Source of the DNA: Methanobrevibacter sp. | Lineage (GTDB): Archaea > Methanobacteriota > Methanobacteria > Methanobacteriales > Methanobacteriaceae | Assembly (NCBI GenBank): GCA_031284925.1 | Contig: JAITXE010000048.1 | Location: 1,394-65,393 of the forward strand | Length of the DNA stretch: 64,000 nt | Direction of reading: 5' to 3' | Shown here: positions 30,406-41,882 of the stretch, one piece after another | How the letters are laid out: each line of letters begins with the position of its first letter | How positions within the stretch are numbered: position 1 is the stretch's first letter | The notes under the pieces: generated by a model | Seen by the model: the letters and a program-made list of their open reading frames with translations, nothing else | Told to the model about the DNA's origin: nothing | Databases searched by the model: none | Program-made: the position numbers and the translations under genes

Positions 30406-32388
30406 TTAATTTAAAATGCCTTTTCTTGTTTTAACTGCTTGACCAGTATTGAAACTCATAATTTCATTGTGATTAAGCAGTGATTTACCAAAAGCAAGTA
30501 ATTTATCATCTTTATTAACAATTAAAATTTCATCTTGGGATCTTATATTCTCATCACATTCTAGAACAAATTTTGAAAATATACTTTTTCCTTCAGTAGC
30601 AAAGGTTTCAGAATCTGCATTTACAACAATTCTGTTTTTAGGAAATTTCGTACAACCATGCACTCTTTTAGCTCCTTCTTTTGAAAGAACAAAATATGAA
30701 TCTGAAGATCTCATAGTTGCAATTAACTCATTATTATCATAAATATGTCTGATTTTACCCGTTTTTTTACTTTTTTCTATTTTAATTTCTCCTTTAAAGA
30801 GAGTATTTCCTACCTCATTTCCAAACTGATAATCAGCCACTGATTTAATTTTTTCTTTATCATCTATTTTAAAGGTGATTAAATTTGATTGTGGATGTAT
30901 AATAAATAAACTCATTTTATAATCATTAATTACTCTAGAATGTATTAATACCTGAGCATAATTTTCAAGGAACTCTGATAAAAAATCTCTAAGAAATTTT
31001 ATTGCTCCTGCATCTTTTATTCTTGGAGATTCATTTTGAGATAATGGGTAAACTTCATCAATATTTAAAGGAATTAAAGTAAATGGAATATCAGCAACCA
31101 TGAAATCAGTATTATCTAAATCTATTTCCATTTCATCACCATAAACATAAAAATCCCCTAAATTATCAGGAAGATTATTGGAATATGGTTTTGTATATGA
31201 TGGTAAAATAACTAAGTCTCTTTTTTTATCCATTTCATTTAATTTTAATAAATGTCTTGTAACTTCTGGTCTTTTTAGAGATTCAGATCCTGTATAAAAA
31301 AATGCAGATTTTTTTACTCTTGGTTCATATACTTCAAGGTCATTAGAATAATCCCCGAGTCTCCTATATGCATTTAGTAGTAATGGATGTGATCTTGATC
31401 TTTCTTCAACAAGTTCCATTAAATTTCCATCCACAATTGCCTGTCTTATAACCCTAATTTCTGCAAAACTAACATTTAAATTATGTTCAGCTATTAACTT
31501 TGTTCTTTCATTTTTATCCATGGCTCTTAACTGATCAGGAGTATAATTACTACAAATTTCACATGAACATGGCATTTCCTCTAGATTTTCAAGTTTGTAT
31601 GTTCCTTGGGTGGTTAAAAATCTATTTTTTTCTGCATATAATATATAAGCTGCAGAGTCAAATAAATCACATCCCATTGCAACAGCTAAAGCAAATATCA
31701 TGGGGTGTCCTGCTCCCATTAAATGTTTTGGTTTAGAATCTGGTAAGTGTGAGATTGAATTCATTACTACATCTACTAAATCAGTAAAATTATACCTTTC
31801 CATTAAAGGAACAACAGCTCCAATAGGATATATATCACTATCCAGAGTTGAAAGTTCTGTTGCAGATTTGCGTCTTAAATCAAGAAATGTTGAACCTTGT
31901 ACAACTGAGTTTAATAACATTTTCATCTGATTATCATTTTTAATCTTTTTTGCTTCTTCAGCACGATTAAAACTAATTTTTAGATCTTTTTCTGCCTTAG
32001 ATCTTGTTGAAAATGGGGGTGTTGGAATATCCAAAGAAGTTCCAATATCTGTTTTTATTGCTTCTTGAAATTCAATAATATCCTGATTACTTATCTCAAC
32101 ATCTCCATAAACTGAAAGTTGATAAGATCCAGAATCAGTCATAATAGCTTTATCAAACTTAATTAAATCATGCACTCCATTATTTAAAGCTTTAGTTCTT
32201 AATTCTTCATCTTTATAAATAATATATGCATTTGTGATTACTATATTTAAATCAAATTTGTTCATGTCTATAGTTTGCTTTCCTGGATGAATAACTGGCA
32301 TTAAATTAGGTGTTTTAACAATACCATGTTCTGTTTCAAAAATACCAATTCTTCCTCTTGAATCTTTATTTTTAATAGTGAATTTAAT
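30406..32388 (-). CDS. tgtA: Archaeosine tRNA-guanine transglycosylase (ArcTGT) with C-terminal PUA-type domains
   Basis: The track ORF begins at MPVIHPG..., but the frame is open upstream and encodes (I)KFTIKNKDSRGRIGIFETEHGIVKTPNL, the conserved TGT N-terminus. No in-frame ATG/GTG/TTG exists between the TAA at about 32421-32419 and the ATG at 32301. The 5' end is drawn at ATT 32388-32386, which has GGAG about 8 nt upstream. Also contains a Zn site CSCEIC...H. Confidence 0.85.
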   Translation of the reverse strand: MKFTIKNKDSRGRIGIFETEHGIVKTPNLMPVIHPGKQTIDMNKFDLNIVITNAYIIYKDEELRTKALNNGVHDLIKFDKAIMTDSGSYQLSVYGDVEISNQDIIEFQEAIKTDIGTSLDIPTPPFSTRSKAEKDLKISFNRAEEAKKIKNDNQMKMLLNSVVQGSTFLDLRRKSATELSTLDSDIYPIGAVVPLMERYNFTDLVDVVMNSISHLPDSKPKHLMGAGHPMIFALAVAMGCDLFDSAAYILYAEKNRFLTTQGTYKLENLEEMPCSCEICSNYTPDQLRAMDKNERTKLIAEHNLNVSFAEIRVIRQAIVDGNLMELVEERSRSHPLLLNAYRRLGDYSNDLEVYEPRVKKSAFFYTGSESLKRPEVTRHLLKLNEMDKKRDLVILPSYTKPYSNNLPDNLGDFYVYGDEMEIDLDNTDFMVADIPFTLIPLNIDEVYPLSQNESPRIKDAGAIKFLRDFLSEFLENYAQVLIHSRVINDYKMSLFIIHPQSNLITFKIDDKEKIKSVADYQFGNEVGNTLFKGEIKIEKSKKTGKIRHIYDNNELIATMRSSDSYFVLSKEGAKRVHGCTKFPKNRIVVNADSETFATEGKSIFSKFVLECDENIRSQDEILIVNKDDKLLAFGKSLLNHNEIMSFNTGQAVKTRKGILN

Positions 32389-33288
32389 GTTATCATCTCC
32401 TTTAAGATAAAACGTCTTTTAAAATAATAATTCATTCCTGATTAAATTATAAAAAAATTATTTTATTAATAACTATTAATTGATAGTGAATAATTAACTT
32501 ATCTGAAAATGTTATATGTATTTTTCTCTTAAAAAATTAGTCTAGTATTAGGCTTGATGCTATAACAATTACCTTATATTTACTTTTTAAAAAGCTTAAC
32601 GACCAAAAATATTACTTTATTGATATATAATTAATGGAATGTTTTTTTTTTAAAAGGAAAAACAATATAAAAAATTAAAATTCCTCTCAATTAAGCATAT
32701 AAATTGTAAAAATGTAATTTTAAAGTTTTAAATTTTCATAAATAATGGATATTTTGTTCTTTTATAACAGTTATCCCTTCTTTTTTTTAATAAAATTAAT
32801 AATATATTATACAAACCACCCTCTCTTTTATTTAATAATTTGAAGTTTAAATAGCAAACTTAAAACAAATTCTTTTTATTAAATATTATCTTCTAAAAAC
32901 AAGCATTTTTCCCTAATTTTAAAAGTTTTAAAATATATGAACAATATCAATTGATAAAAATACAGTATAACCATTCCTTAAAATACGATAATTAATATTT
33001 TGTAGTAAACTTTATATATGATTATATTGTTTATTAATTGAGAAGTAAGATAAAAAATTTTAATAATAAATTAAAAAAAATTTTAAAGGAATGTGTTAAC
33101 ATGTATGGAGAGAAAAAAATATTAATTTAGTAAATTGATAAAAATAAAATATAACCACTTTATTTTATTAATAATTTTTCTCTTCAAAACTAACTAAACT
33201 ATTAAAAATAAGAGTATTTTCCGATATTTTACCATATCATAGAAAATATAATAATAAATTAAAATTATCAATAGGAGGTATACTCATT

Positions 33289-34242
33289 ATGAAGAGTAAA
33301 TATTTTAAAACATTTATAACTTTATTAACTATAATATTATCCGTTTCATCCAGTTTTGCAAATGTGGGGGTTACTGTACCTGATCCTGGTCAGTTTAATG
33401 GAACTGGCATTTATGGTGTAAATGTTACTTTAACTAATAATATGAATCAACATTTGGAGTATGGGTCTGGTGCTACATTTGAAGAAGTTTTTTATAAATT
33501 TGAAGGAGATTCTTGGGGGTTAGCTGACTATGCTGCTCATTACTTAAAACGTGAAGGTTATCCTTGTGCAATTATCCAAGGTGAAAGTAATAATGGCACA
33601 CATGATTATCGTGCCATCTTAGTGGAGATTAATGGTACTATTTATAGGTTTGAATCAGAATGTGCTACTAATGAAGATAATGGTTGGGACATAAGTAAGT
33701 TTAAAGAAGGAACTAATCAAACCGTTCTACAGACATTTAATAATTTCTCCATAGAAGAAGGTAAAGAGATTAATGATTTATATATTAATAAAGTATCAGA
33801 TAAGGCATATGTAACTAATTTGTTTAATGAGATGATTACTGTAAATGGTGAAAAAGTCCATAAATATGTTTTTGGTATTGGTACTAACAGTATTGCACCA
33901 AGCCGAACTAATTACACCTGGGGAGAGTATTATTTAACAGCAGTTAAAAATTATGATCCTCAATCTAAAAAATGGGGTGTTATGAGATTTGCACTTAATT
34001 CAAATCCTTGTTTTGCAGGTATTAAAGATAATGATTTAATTGAAGGTCATTTCTTTAGTTGTATGGGTCTTGGTGGTAATGATGGTGATTTTGATGTTCC
34101 TACAGGAAAAAATCATGCTGAAAGCTTTGAAGATCTTGAGGGGCCTGTTTATAAATTATATCTTGGTTCTTATGGTAGTAACTATCCATTAAAGTTCACT
34201 GGTGATACTTTCTTAGATCCTAGAGATTATATTAAATTTTAA
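33289..34242 (+). CDS. Secreted protein of unknown function (possibly a degenerate transglutaminase-like core)
   Basis: GGAGG RBS and a signal peptide MKSKYFKTFITLLTIILSVSSSFA. The segment WGLADYAAHYLKREGYPCAIIQGES..THDYRAILVEINGTIYRFES loosely resembles a transglutaminase-like fold that lacks the catalytic Cys. The fold assignment is weak. Confidence 0.6.
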   Translation: MKSKYFKTFITLLTIILSVSSSFANVGVTVPDPGQFNGTGIYGVNVTLTNNMNQHLEYGSGATFEEVFYKFEGDSWGLADYAAHYLKREGYPCAIIQGESNNGTHDYRAILVEINGTIYRFESECATNEDNGWDISKFKEGTNQTVLQTFNNFSIEEGKEINDLYINKVSDKAYVTNLFNEMITVNGEKVHKYVFGIGTNSIAPSRTNYTWGEYYLTAVKNYDPQSKKWGVMRFALNSNPCFAGIKDNDLIEGHFFSCMGLGGNDGDFDVPTGKNHAESFEDLEGPVYKLYLGSYGSNYPLKFTGDTFLDPRDYIKF

Positions 34243-34788
34243 TCTTTTTTTTTAAGTAAAATATTGGATAGTCAAATTCTTCCTAAATTAAGCATGGAAA
34301 TAAGTGTTTTGTGGTATATAACTATTATATCCAAAATAGCTTATTATAATTTGTTTAGTATTATTTGCAGGCATTTGATTGTATTAAGTCTTGTTTAAGT
34401 TTAATTTTTCTATTTTTTTTAGAGATAAACGATTTTTTTTAAGCATATATCATTGAATTAAATTTATAATAACAATATTTATATATTATAACAAACAAAA
34501 ATTATAAAGTAATTTAAAAAAAAATTGAATAAAAATAAATTTATTAACTTCATAGTGATATTATTATTATAAATTAATTTTTTTTTAATTTAAAGGATAA
34601 TAAAATTTAAGATTTTAATTACTCAATTAATAATTTTTCTTAATATAATAGTTTAAAATAAAAATAGTACATCATGATTCATTTTTATTAAAGTTTTAAC
34701 ATGATGATATTTACATTTTAGATTATTGAGTTTTTTTAATACTTATTTAAATTTATAATATTTATTGTATAATCTAAAAGGTATTCTT

Positions 34789-36603
34789 ATGTGTGGTATT
34801 GTTGGTTATGTTGGTATTGGAAAAGTAGGATCCGTTTTATTTGATTCAGTTAAAAAATTAGAATATAGAGGTTATGATTCAGTAGGTATAGCTACATTAA
34901 GTGAAGGAAAAATTGAGTTAAGAAAAGATAATGGAAAAATTGATGATGTTGATAAGAAAATTCATCTTGGGGATGTTAAAGGAAATTTAGGTATTGCTCA
35001 TGTAAGATGGGCAACTCATGGACGTCCAAATAAGATTAACTCTCATCCTCATACTAACAATGATGATACAATAGCTATTGTTCATAATGGGATTATTGAA
35101 AATTATGAAGAACTTAAAACTAATTTAATTTCAAAAGGATACATTTTTAAATCTGAAACTGATTCAGAGGTAATAGCTCATCTTCTTGAGAAATTCATAA
35201 ATGATGGGTTTGATTTTCAAGATTCGATGATAGAAATGGTTAAATCACTTGATGGATCTTATGCTATAGGGGCAATTTATAATAATAATCCTGATGAAGT
35301 TTTAGCTATTAAAAATGAAAGCCCTTTAGTTGTTGGCTTAAGTGAAGATGGAAACTTTATAGCATCCGATGTTCCAGCATTCTTAAAACACACAAAAAAA
35401 GTAATTTTTCCACAAGATAAGGAATTAATAATTTTAAAGAAAGATAAAGTCATTGTAAAAGATTTAAATGGAAAAATTTTAGATAAAAATATTCAAACCA
35501 TAGAATGGAATGAAAAAATGGCTCAAAAAGAGGGTTATAATCATTTCATGCTAAAAGAAATTAATCAACAACCTAATGTAGTAGTAAATACTTTAAAAGC
35601 TAAAAAAGATATTGAGAATATTGTATCTAACTTAAATGATATTAATAAAATATATTTTGTTGCATGTGGAACTTCTTATCATGCTGCTTTAACTGGAAAA
35701 TACCTACTTGAAGTCTTTACAAATATTAAAACGGATGTTATTTATTCATCTGAATTTAAGTATTTCACAAACACTTTAGATGAAAACACATTAACAATAT
35801 TTGTTTCCCAATCTGGAGAAACTGCAGATACCTTATCAGCCATTAAAATGTCTAAAGTTTCTAGAACATTAGCTATTGTTAATATCTTAGGAAGTTCTAT
35901 TACTCGTGAAGCAGATAATGTTATTTACACAAAAGCAGGACCTGAAATAGGTGTTGCAGCAACAAAAACTTATTTAAGCCAATTAGTATCCATATATCTA
36001 CTAGTCACTTATTTATCTAAAAATAAGAACAATAAATTCTATCATGAAATGATTTCTCAAATTGAAAAAGTTCCAAGATATATTAATGATTTACTCTCAG
36101 ATGAAGATAAAATTAAAGAAATTGCTCATAAATATAAGGATACAAAAGAATTTTTCTTTTTAGGAAGAGGTTTTATATATCCAACAGCATTAGAAGGTGC
36201 CTTAAAATTAAAAGAGATCACATATATCCATGCTGAAGGTTATCCATCTGGCGAATTAAAACATGGTCCTTTAGCACTCATTGATGAGAATGTTGCGGTT
36301 GTTGTTTTAGCACCAAATGAAAATTCTAAATCTATTTCAAACTTAGATAGTTATAAAGACACTATAAATAATATGGAGGAAGTTAAATCTCGTGCAGCAA
36401 AAATAATACTCCTCACATCCCATGAAAATGGAAAATATAATAATGTGGATGATCTATTTACAATGGATAATCAAGTAGATGAGTTAATTTCCCCAATTGT
36501 TTATGTGGTTCCATTACAACTCTTGTCCTATTATATAAGTATTTATAAAGGTTTAGACCCTGATAAACCAAGAAACTTAGCCAAATGTGTTACAGTAAAA
36601 TAA
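34789..36603 (+). CDS. glmS: Glutamine--fructose-6-phosphate aminotransferase (isomerizing)
   Basis: It must start at MCGIVGY (Cys after the initiator Met is the nucleophile), so ATG 34789 is used rather than the track's upstream TTG. Two SIS domains are present, and the C-terminus reads ...LAKCVTVK. Confidence 0.9.
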   Translation: MCGIVGYVGIGKVGSVLFDSVKKLEYRGYDSVGIATLSEGKIELRKDNGKIDDVDKKIHLGDVKGNLGIAHVRWATHGRPNKINSHPHTNNDDTIAIVHNGIIENYEELKTNLISKGYIFKSETDSEVIAHLLEKFINDGFDFQDSMIEMVKSLDGSYAIGAIYNNNPDEVLAIKNESPLVVGLSEDGNFIASDVPAFLKHTKKVIFPQDKELIILKKDKVIVKDLNGKILDKNIQTIEWNEKMAQKEGYNHFMLKEINQQPNVVVNTLKAKKDIENIVSNLNDINKIYFVACGTSYHAALTGKYLLEVFTNIKTDVIYSSEFKYFTNTLDENTLTIFVSQSGETADTLSAIKMSKVSRTLAIVNILGSSITREADNVIYTKAGPEIGVAATKTYLSQLVSIYLLVTYLSKNKNNKFYHEMISQIEKVPRYINDLLSDEDKIKEIAHKYKDTKEFFFLGRGFIYPTALEGALKLKEITYIHAEGYPSGELKHGPLALIDENVAVVVLAPNENSKSISNLDSYKDTINNMEEVKSRAAKIILLTSHENGKYNNVDDLFTMDNQVDELISPIVYVVPLQLLSYYISIYKGLDPDKPRNLAKCVTVK

Positions 36604-36843
36604 GAATATTGAAAATCCTTAAAAGGTAATGATAACATTTATAAGATGTATAAATTAAAGAAAATTTTAATATAAAAATTTTACTTGAAAAAATTAAGAA
36701 TTTTTCAAAAATAACTATATAAAAAATTAGATTAATTATTTATAATATTTAGTATAAAAATTGATTATAAATAAAATAATAAAACGTTAAAATCCAAATT
36801 TTAAACCTCTCGAATTCGATGGGTTTAAAAAACAAGCTGGACT

Positions 36844-36890
36844 AAATGTATTTACATTTCACCAAAAATGGATAAATAAAACTAATGCTA
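36844..36890 (+). promoter_or_regulatory. Palindrome-containing module (copy Z of 3)
   Basis: AAATGTAttTACATTT (36844-36859) is a 16-nt near-perfect palindrome. The following tcaccaaaaatggataaataaaactaatgc aligns with copy X (gccaaaaaagagaaagaaaaactaagc). Confidence 0.4.
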
Positions 36891-36953
36891 TTGGTTAAAT
36901 ATATAAATTGTAAAAGATATATTAAATAAAATAAATAAACTAAAGAGGTAATT

Positions 36954-37366
36954 ATGGTAATATTATATTTGGATACTTGTTGTTATAATAGACCCTTTGA
37001 TGATAAAAGTCAGTTAGTATTCAATTAGAAAGTAATGCTAAATTATTTATACAAAAAGAAATTTTAAATGGTGCATATTACTTAATCTTTCATATTTGAT
37101 CATGAAAATAAGTTTAATCCTCACAAAGAGCAACGTAAAAATATGGATGAATGGAAAAATAAAGCTAATTTTTATATTGTGCCTTCAGAGATAATATTTA
37201 AAAAAATATTGAATTAGAATCCAAAGGCATTCATAAAAATGATGCAATACATATAGCAGGTGCAATACATAGTAATTGTGATTATTTTATAACAACAGAT
37301 CATGATTTAATTAAAAGAAAAATTAATGAGATAAAAATTATAAAAGTTTTTCATTTCCAAAAATAA
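36954..37366 (+). pseudogene. PIN-domain protein gene with multiple frameshifts
   Basis: MVILYLDTCCYNRPFDDKSQLV, then a shift to IQLESNAKLFIQKEILNGAYYLI, then further shifts to ...NKFNPHKEQRKNMDEWKNKANFYIVPSEIIF and ...ELESKGIHKNDAIHIAGAIHSNCDYFITTDHDLIKRKINEIKIIKVFHFQK*. Confidence 0.65.
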
Positions 37367-37408
37367 GTTTGTAAATAAAAATTTTTATTTAAAATATGGA
37401 TATTTCAC

Positions 37409-38281
37409 ATGAATAGGAATAAACTATCAGAATTTTTAATAGAGAAAGGATTGCTTATCACTGCTGTTTTTTCTATTATTATCATTCTTGTCATACTACT
37501 TTTTATTATAATACAAGGGTTTCCAGCTGTTTATGAGATTGGGTTTTTTAAATTTGTTTTTGGTTTATCTTGGTTTCCATCTGATTCTCAGTATGGTCTC
37601 TTGCCAATGATTGTATGTTCTGTTTATGTTACATTACTTTCACTTGTCATGGCAGTTCCTTTGTCTTTACTTTCATCAATTTTCATGACTGAGATTGCTC
37701 CAGATAATCTTACGCGATTTGTGAAACCTGTCATTGAAACATTGGCAGGAATTCCATCTGTTGTTTATGGATTTTTTGGATTAACTGTTTTAGTACCACT
37801 TATGCGTGAAATCTTTGGAGGAACTGGGTTTAGTTTATTTACAGCCTCCATAATTCTTGCTGTAATGATTTTACCTACAATAATATCTGTTTCTCAGGAG
37901 GCACTGCGATCAGTTCCTGTGCACTATAAAGAAGCATCATTAGGTTTAGGGGCTACGGATTGGCAAACAATAAAAAATATCACAGTTCCATGTGCACTTC
38001 CTGGAATAATAACGGCCATTATTCTGGGTATGGGAAGAGCTATTGGGGAAACTTTGGCTGTTATGATGGTTGCAGGTAATGTTGTAAATATTCCAGGTTC
38101 TATTTTTGATCCTGTACGAACAATAACCTCAAACATTGCTTTGGAAATGGGATATGCTATGGGTATTCATTATAATGCACTGTTTGCATCTGCTATTGTC
38201 TTATTTTTAATAATTTTAATACTTTTAGTCATTGCAAAATATGTACAAAATAAATATAAAATGGATATTAGGGGTTCTTAA
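37409..38281 (+). CDS. pstC: Phosphate ABC transporter permease PstC
   Basis: 290 aa and polytopic. Contains the EAS/EAA-loop region [44 protein letters not shown]. Confidence 0.85.
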   Translation: MNRNKLSEFLIEKGLLITAVFSIIIILVILLFIIIQGFPAVYEIGFFKFVFGLSWFPSDSQYGLLPMIVCSVYVTLLSLVMAVPLSLLSSIFMTEIAPDNLTRFVKPVIETLAGIPSVVYGFFGLTVLVPLMREIFGGTGFSLFTASIILAVMILPTIISVSQEALRSVPVHYKEASLGLGATDWQTIKNITVPCALPGIITAIILGMGRAIGETLAVMMVAGNVVNIPGSIFDPVRTITSNIALEMGYAMGIHYNALFASAIVLFLIILILLVIAKYVQNKYKMDIRGS

Positions 38282-38282
38282 A

Positions 38283-39137
38283 ATGGGATTTAATAGACTA
38301 ATTTCTCCAAAAACAGCTCAAAAAATAATGAATATAGTTTTAATAGCTTCAGGAGCCATTATATTTTTAATATTATTATTAATAATTGGTTATATTCTTA
38401 TTAAAGGTCTTCCTGTTGTTAATCTTGAGTTTTTATTCTCAAATCCTATTGATTCAGGAAAATCAGGCGGAATATTTCCAATGATTATCTCCACATTATA
38501 TGTTACTTTGGTGGCTGGATTAATAGCTACACCTCTTGGACTGGGTGCTGCAATTTATATTTCTGAATATGCTGGTAAAAATCCGATTGTTGGTTTTGTT
38601 CGATTCGGAGCTGAAATTTTAGCATCACTACCTTCCATTGTTTTTGGTCTTTTTGGTTTAGCATTTTTTGTTATCTTTGCCCAATTAAAATGGTCAATTC
38701 TATCAGGTGGTTTGGTTTTAGCTATTATGGCATTGCCCACAATTTTTCAAGTTTCAGAGCTTGCAATTTCATCAATTCCTAACTCTTATAAAGAAGGAAG
38801 TTATGGGTTAGGAGCAAGTAAATGGCAGACGATTTATAAGGTTATTTTACCAACAGCCATTCCAGGAATAGCAACTGGTGTAATTCTTGGAATGACAAGA
38901 GCTATTTCTGAAGCAGCTGCTGTTATGTTTGCAGTTGGTTCTTCACTTAAAATGCCAATCTCAATCTTTGATCCTGGTAGACCATTACCTTTACATTTAT
39001 ATATTTTATCAACTGAAGGAATTTCTATTGAAAATGCTTATGGAACTGCAGCTGTTCTTGTGATTATGGTTTTAATTATAACAATATTTTCAAATTATTT
39101 AATAAATAAATATCAAAAGAAAATAATGGGGGAGTAA
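38283..39137 (+). CDS. pstA: Phosphate ABC transporter permease PstA
   Basis: ATG 38283 lies 2 nt after the pstC stop, and is preferred over the overlapping start at 38232. Contains [44 protein letters not shown]. Confidence 0.85.
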   Translation: MGFNRLISPKTAQKIMNIVLIASGAIIFLILLLIIGYILIKGLPVVNLEFLFSNPIDSGKSGGIFPMIISTLYVTLVAGLIATPLGLGAAIYISEYAGKNPIVGFVRFGAEILASLPSIVFGLFGLAFFVIFAQLKWSILSGGLVLAIMALPTIFQVSELAISSIPNSYKEGSYGLGASKWQTIYKVILPTAIPGIATGVILGMTRAISEAAAVMFAVGSSLKMPISIFDPGRPLPLHLYILSTEGISIENAYGTAAVLVIMVLIITIFSNYLINKYQKKIMGE

Positions 39138-39559
39138 TGGTTATAATATTATATTAAACAAGGGTTTTTATATATTCAAATGTATATTTATTTTTTAGTG
39201 AAAACAAATGGTTAAACTAAGATTAAATATTTTAGAAATACCTAAACTTTTATATAGTATGAAGTTCGAGAATAATAATTAATCTACTAAAATTTGTTAA
39301 AAACTTATTTTTCTAGAACTTAAATACATATCTCATATCTTCAAATCAATTGATTATTAAATAGTATGACATTAATTAAACACATATTTTTGACTAATAA
39401 CAGTTAAATAATTTCTTCTATTAATTTTAAATGTAACTATTTAATTAATTTTAATTATTTAAAATTTAAATCAATCTTTTTATAAGAATATTTAAAATAG
39501 TAATTATAATATTTAAAAGTAAAATATTTATCTAATTATTTAATAACGAGCAAAGTATC

Positions 39560-41569
39560 ATGGATATTAAAGTTGGTTTAGTTGGGAATCCTAATGTTGG
39601 AAAAACTACCTTGTTTAATCATTTAACAGGATTACGACAACATGTTGGGAATTGGCCAGGGAAAACTGTAGAAAAGGCAGAAGGACATTTGAACTTTGAA
39701 AATAATAAGATAGATATAATTGATCTTCCTGGAAATTATGCATTAAGCCCTCATTCAATAGAAGAGATTGTATCAAGAGATTTTATTGTTGATGAAAGTT
39801 CAGATGTAATTGTCAATGTCGTTGATGCAAATAACCTTGAAAGAAACTTATATCTCACAACTCAAATGATGGAACTTGAAACAAATCTTATTGTAGCCAT
39901 TAATATGAATAAATTTGCTAAAAAAAGAGGGCATGATATTGATGTCGAAAAATTATCCACTTTACTTGGGGTTCCAGTTATTGAAATTGAAGCCAATGAC
40001 AATAGTGGACAAAAAGAACTATTGAAATCCATTGAAAAGGCTACAAAAAATCATATTGACAGTAGTAAAAAGTTAGTATATGGAAATGAATTACAAGAAC
40101 ATTTACTCAAACTTAAAAAAATCATTGAAGAAGATGAAAAATTATTAGATGTTCCTTCTTCATGGACAGCGATTAAATTATTAGAAAATGATATTATAAT
40201 TAAAGAGAAAGTTGAAAAATCATCAATAAGAACTAAAATATTTGATGAAATAGAAAAACTAAATAAACACTTTAAAGATGTTTTTGATGAAGATCCAGAA
40301 GAAGTAATAGCTAATTATAGATATGCTTTCATTGAGGGATTGTTAAAAGAATCTGTTAAAAAACCAGAATTTGAAGCTCCAACAATAACAGATAAAATTG
40401 ATAGAGTCGTTCTTAATAGATTATTAGGGATTCCAATATTTTTATTTGTGATGTGGTTAATTTTTCAAGTGACTTTTATCTTAGGAGCACCATTACAAGA
40501 ACCTCTTGAAGACTTATTTAAAATTTCAGGAGACTTAATATTAAATGTTTTAGGTAATAATATAGTTTCTTCACTTATTGTTAATGGAATAATTAATGGT
40601 GTTGGGGGGGTTCTTGTATTTATACCTATAATCTTCTTAATGTTCTTAATGATTAGTATTCTTGAAGATTCAGGTTATCTTGCAAGAGCAGCATTTGTTA
40701 TGGATAGAGTGATGCATAAATTAGTAGGATTACACGGGAAATCATTTATTCCTATGATATTAGGATTTGGCTGTGGTGTTCCGGGAGTAATGGCTACAAG
40801 AACTATGGAACATGAAAGGGATAGATTACTTACCATGTTAATTGTACCATTTATGTCTTGCACAGCAAGGTTACCAATTTATACACTTTTTGTTGCAGCA
40901 TTTTTTGCATCTTATCAAGGAGAAGTCATATTTTCACTTTATCTACTAGGTGTGATTGTAGCTATTATAGTTGCAACTATTCTTAAAAGAGTATTATTTA
41001 AAGGAATTACAAGCCCTTTTGTTATGGAATTACCCACATACAAACTACCTTCAATTAAAGGAGTTTTAATCCATACTTGGGAGAAAACTTATGGGTTTAT
41101 TAGAAAAGCAGGTACTATAATTCTTGCAGCTTCAATAATTATATGGATGTTAAGCAGTTTTCCAGTAGGTGTTGACTATGGTTCACAAGAAAGTATAATT
41201 GGTCAAATAGGGACAGTAACATCCCCAATATTTGCTCCACTTGGATTTAGTCAGTGGCAACCAAGTGTGGCATTATTTTTCGGTGTAGCAGCTAAAGAAG
41301 TGATTGTTTCAACTTTTAGCTCTTTATACGGAGTAAGTGATGGTGGAGGAATAAGTAATGCAATACAAAATACTTTTACCCCACTTAGTGCATATGCTTT
41401 CTTAATTTTTGTATTATTATACATACCATGCTTTGCATTTTTATCCACAGTAAAAAAAGAATCCAATTCATGGAAATGGCCTATAATATTAGTATGTGTT
41501 ACCACAATAACTGCATACATAGTTTCATTTATTATTTATAATATAGGAATTATTATAGGATTTAAATAA
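39560..41569 (+). CDS. feoB: Ferrous iron transporter FeoB
   Basis: 669 aa. The N-terminal G-domain has [12 protein letters not shown] and DLPG, followed by a polytopic C-terminal region. Confidence 0.9.
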   Translation: MDIKVGLVGNPNVGKTTLFNHLTGLRQHVGNWPGKTVEKAEGHLNFENNKIDIIDLPGNYALSPHSIEEIVSRDFIVDESSDVIVNVVDANNLERNLYLTTQMMELETNLIVAINMNKFAKKRGHDIDVEKLSTLLGVPVIEIEANDNSGQKELLKSIEKATKNHIDSSKKLVYGNELQEHLLKLKKIIEEDEKLLDVPSSWTAIKLLENDIIIKEKVEKSSIRTKIFDEIEKLNKHFKDVFDEDPEEVIANYRYAFIEGLLKESVKKPEFEAPTITDKIDRVVLNRLLGIPIFLFVMWLIFQVTFILGAPLQEPLEDLFKISGDLILNVLGNNIVSSLIVNGIINGVGGVLVFIPIIFLMFLMISILEDSGYLARAAFVMDRVMHKLVGLHGKSFIPMILGFGCGVPGVMATRTMEHERDRLLTMLIVPFMSCTARLPIYTLFVAAFFASYQGEVIFSLYLLGVIVAIIVATILKRVLFKGITSPFVMELPTYKLPSIKGVLIHTWEKTYGFIRKAGTIILAASIIIWMLSSFPVGVDYGSQESIIGQIGTVTSPIFAPLGFSQWQPSVALFFGVAAKEVIVSTFSSLYGVSDGGGISNAIQNTFTPLSAYAFLIFVLLYIPCFAFLSTVKKESNSWKWPIILVCVTTITAYIVSFIIYNIGIIIGFK

Positions 41570-41882
41570 GTTCATCTTCATATTGAATAGTTATTTTATT
41601 TATTCTTTTATTCTTTTCATCATCTATTAAAATTAGATTTCTTCCATTTTTAAGCATTATAATCCCATGTTCTTTTCCATGACCACAACATACATATGCT
41701 GCTCCTCCCACATAGCCAATGCATGCATCATATCCATCATCTGTTGGAGGTTTTTCACATCTTGAACAAGGACGTGACTCATCTACATTTTCTTTTGTAT
41801 CTGCATAAATATCTTTCTCTCCATTAGGCCATCTAATAATAACTTCATGTCCACGAACATATTTTTTACCATATTTTCTCAT
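41562..41882 (-). CDS. Cys-rich small protein (106 aa), function unknown
   Basis: [37 protein letters not shown]. It is convergent with feoB, and the 3' ends overlap by 8 nt. Confidence 0.5.
   Translation of the reverse strand: MRKYGKKYVRGHEVIIRWPNGEKDIYADTKENVDESRPCSRCEKPPTDDGYDACIGYVGGAAYVCCGHGKEHGIIMLKNGRNLILIDDEKNKRINKITIQYEDELI

Noticed and set aside
34243-34788. glmS ribozyme upstream of glmS.
   Set aside because: The glmS ribozyme is a bacterial element. The spacer is almost pure A/T, with no recognisable conserved core or pseudoknot-forming G/C segments.
36803-36826. The G/C-containing palindrome aaacctctcgaattcgatgggttt, examined as a possible tRNA or ncRNA fragment.
   Set aside because: It is only a 24-nt hairpin/palindrome. 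No tRNA cloverleaf, T-loop (GTTCRANYC) or flanking arms are present. It may be a terminator or binding site, but there is no further support.
38232-38282. The upstream start (38232) for pstA, which overlaps pstC by 50 nt.
   Set aside because: The ATG at 38283, 2 nt after the pstC stop, gives the usual coupled arrangement and a normal PstA N-terminus. The extension adds only Lys/Asn-rich residues read from the pstC 3' end.
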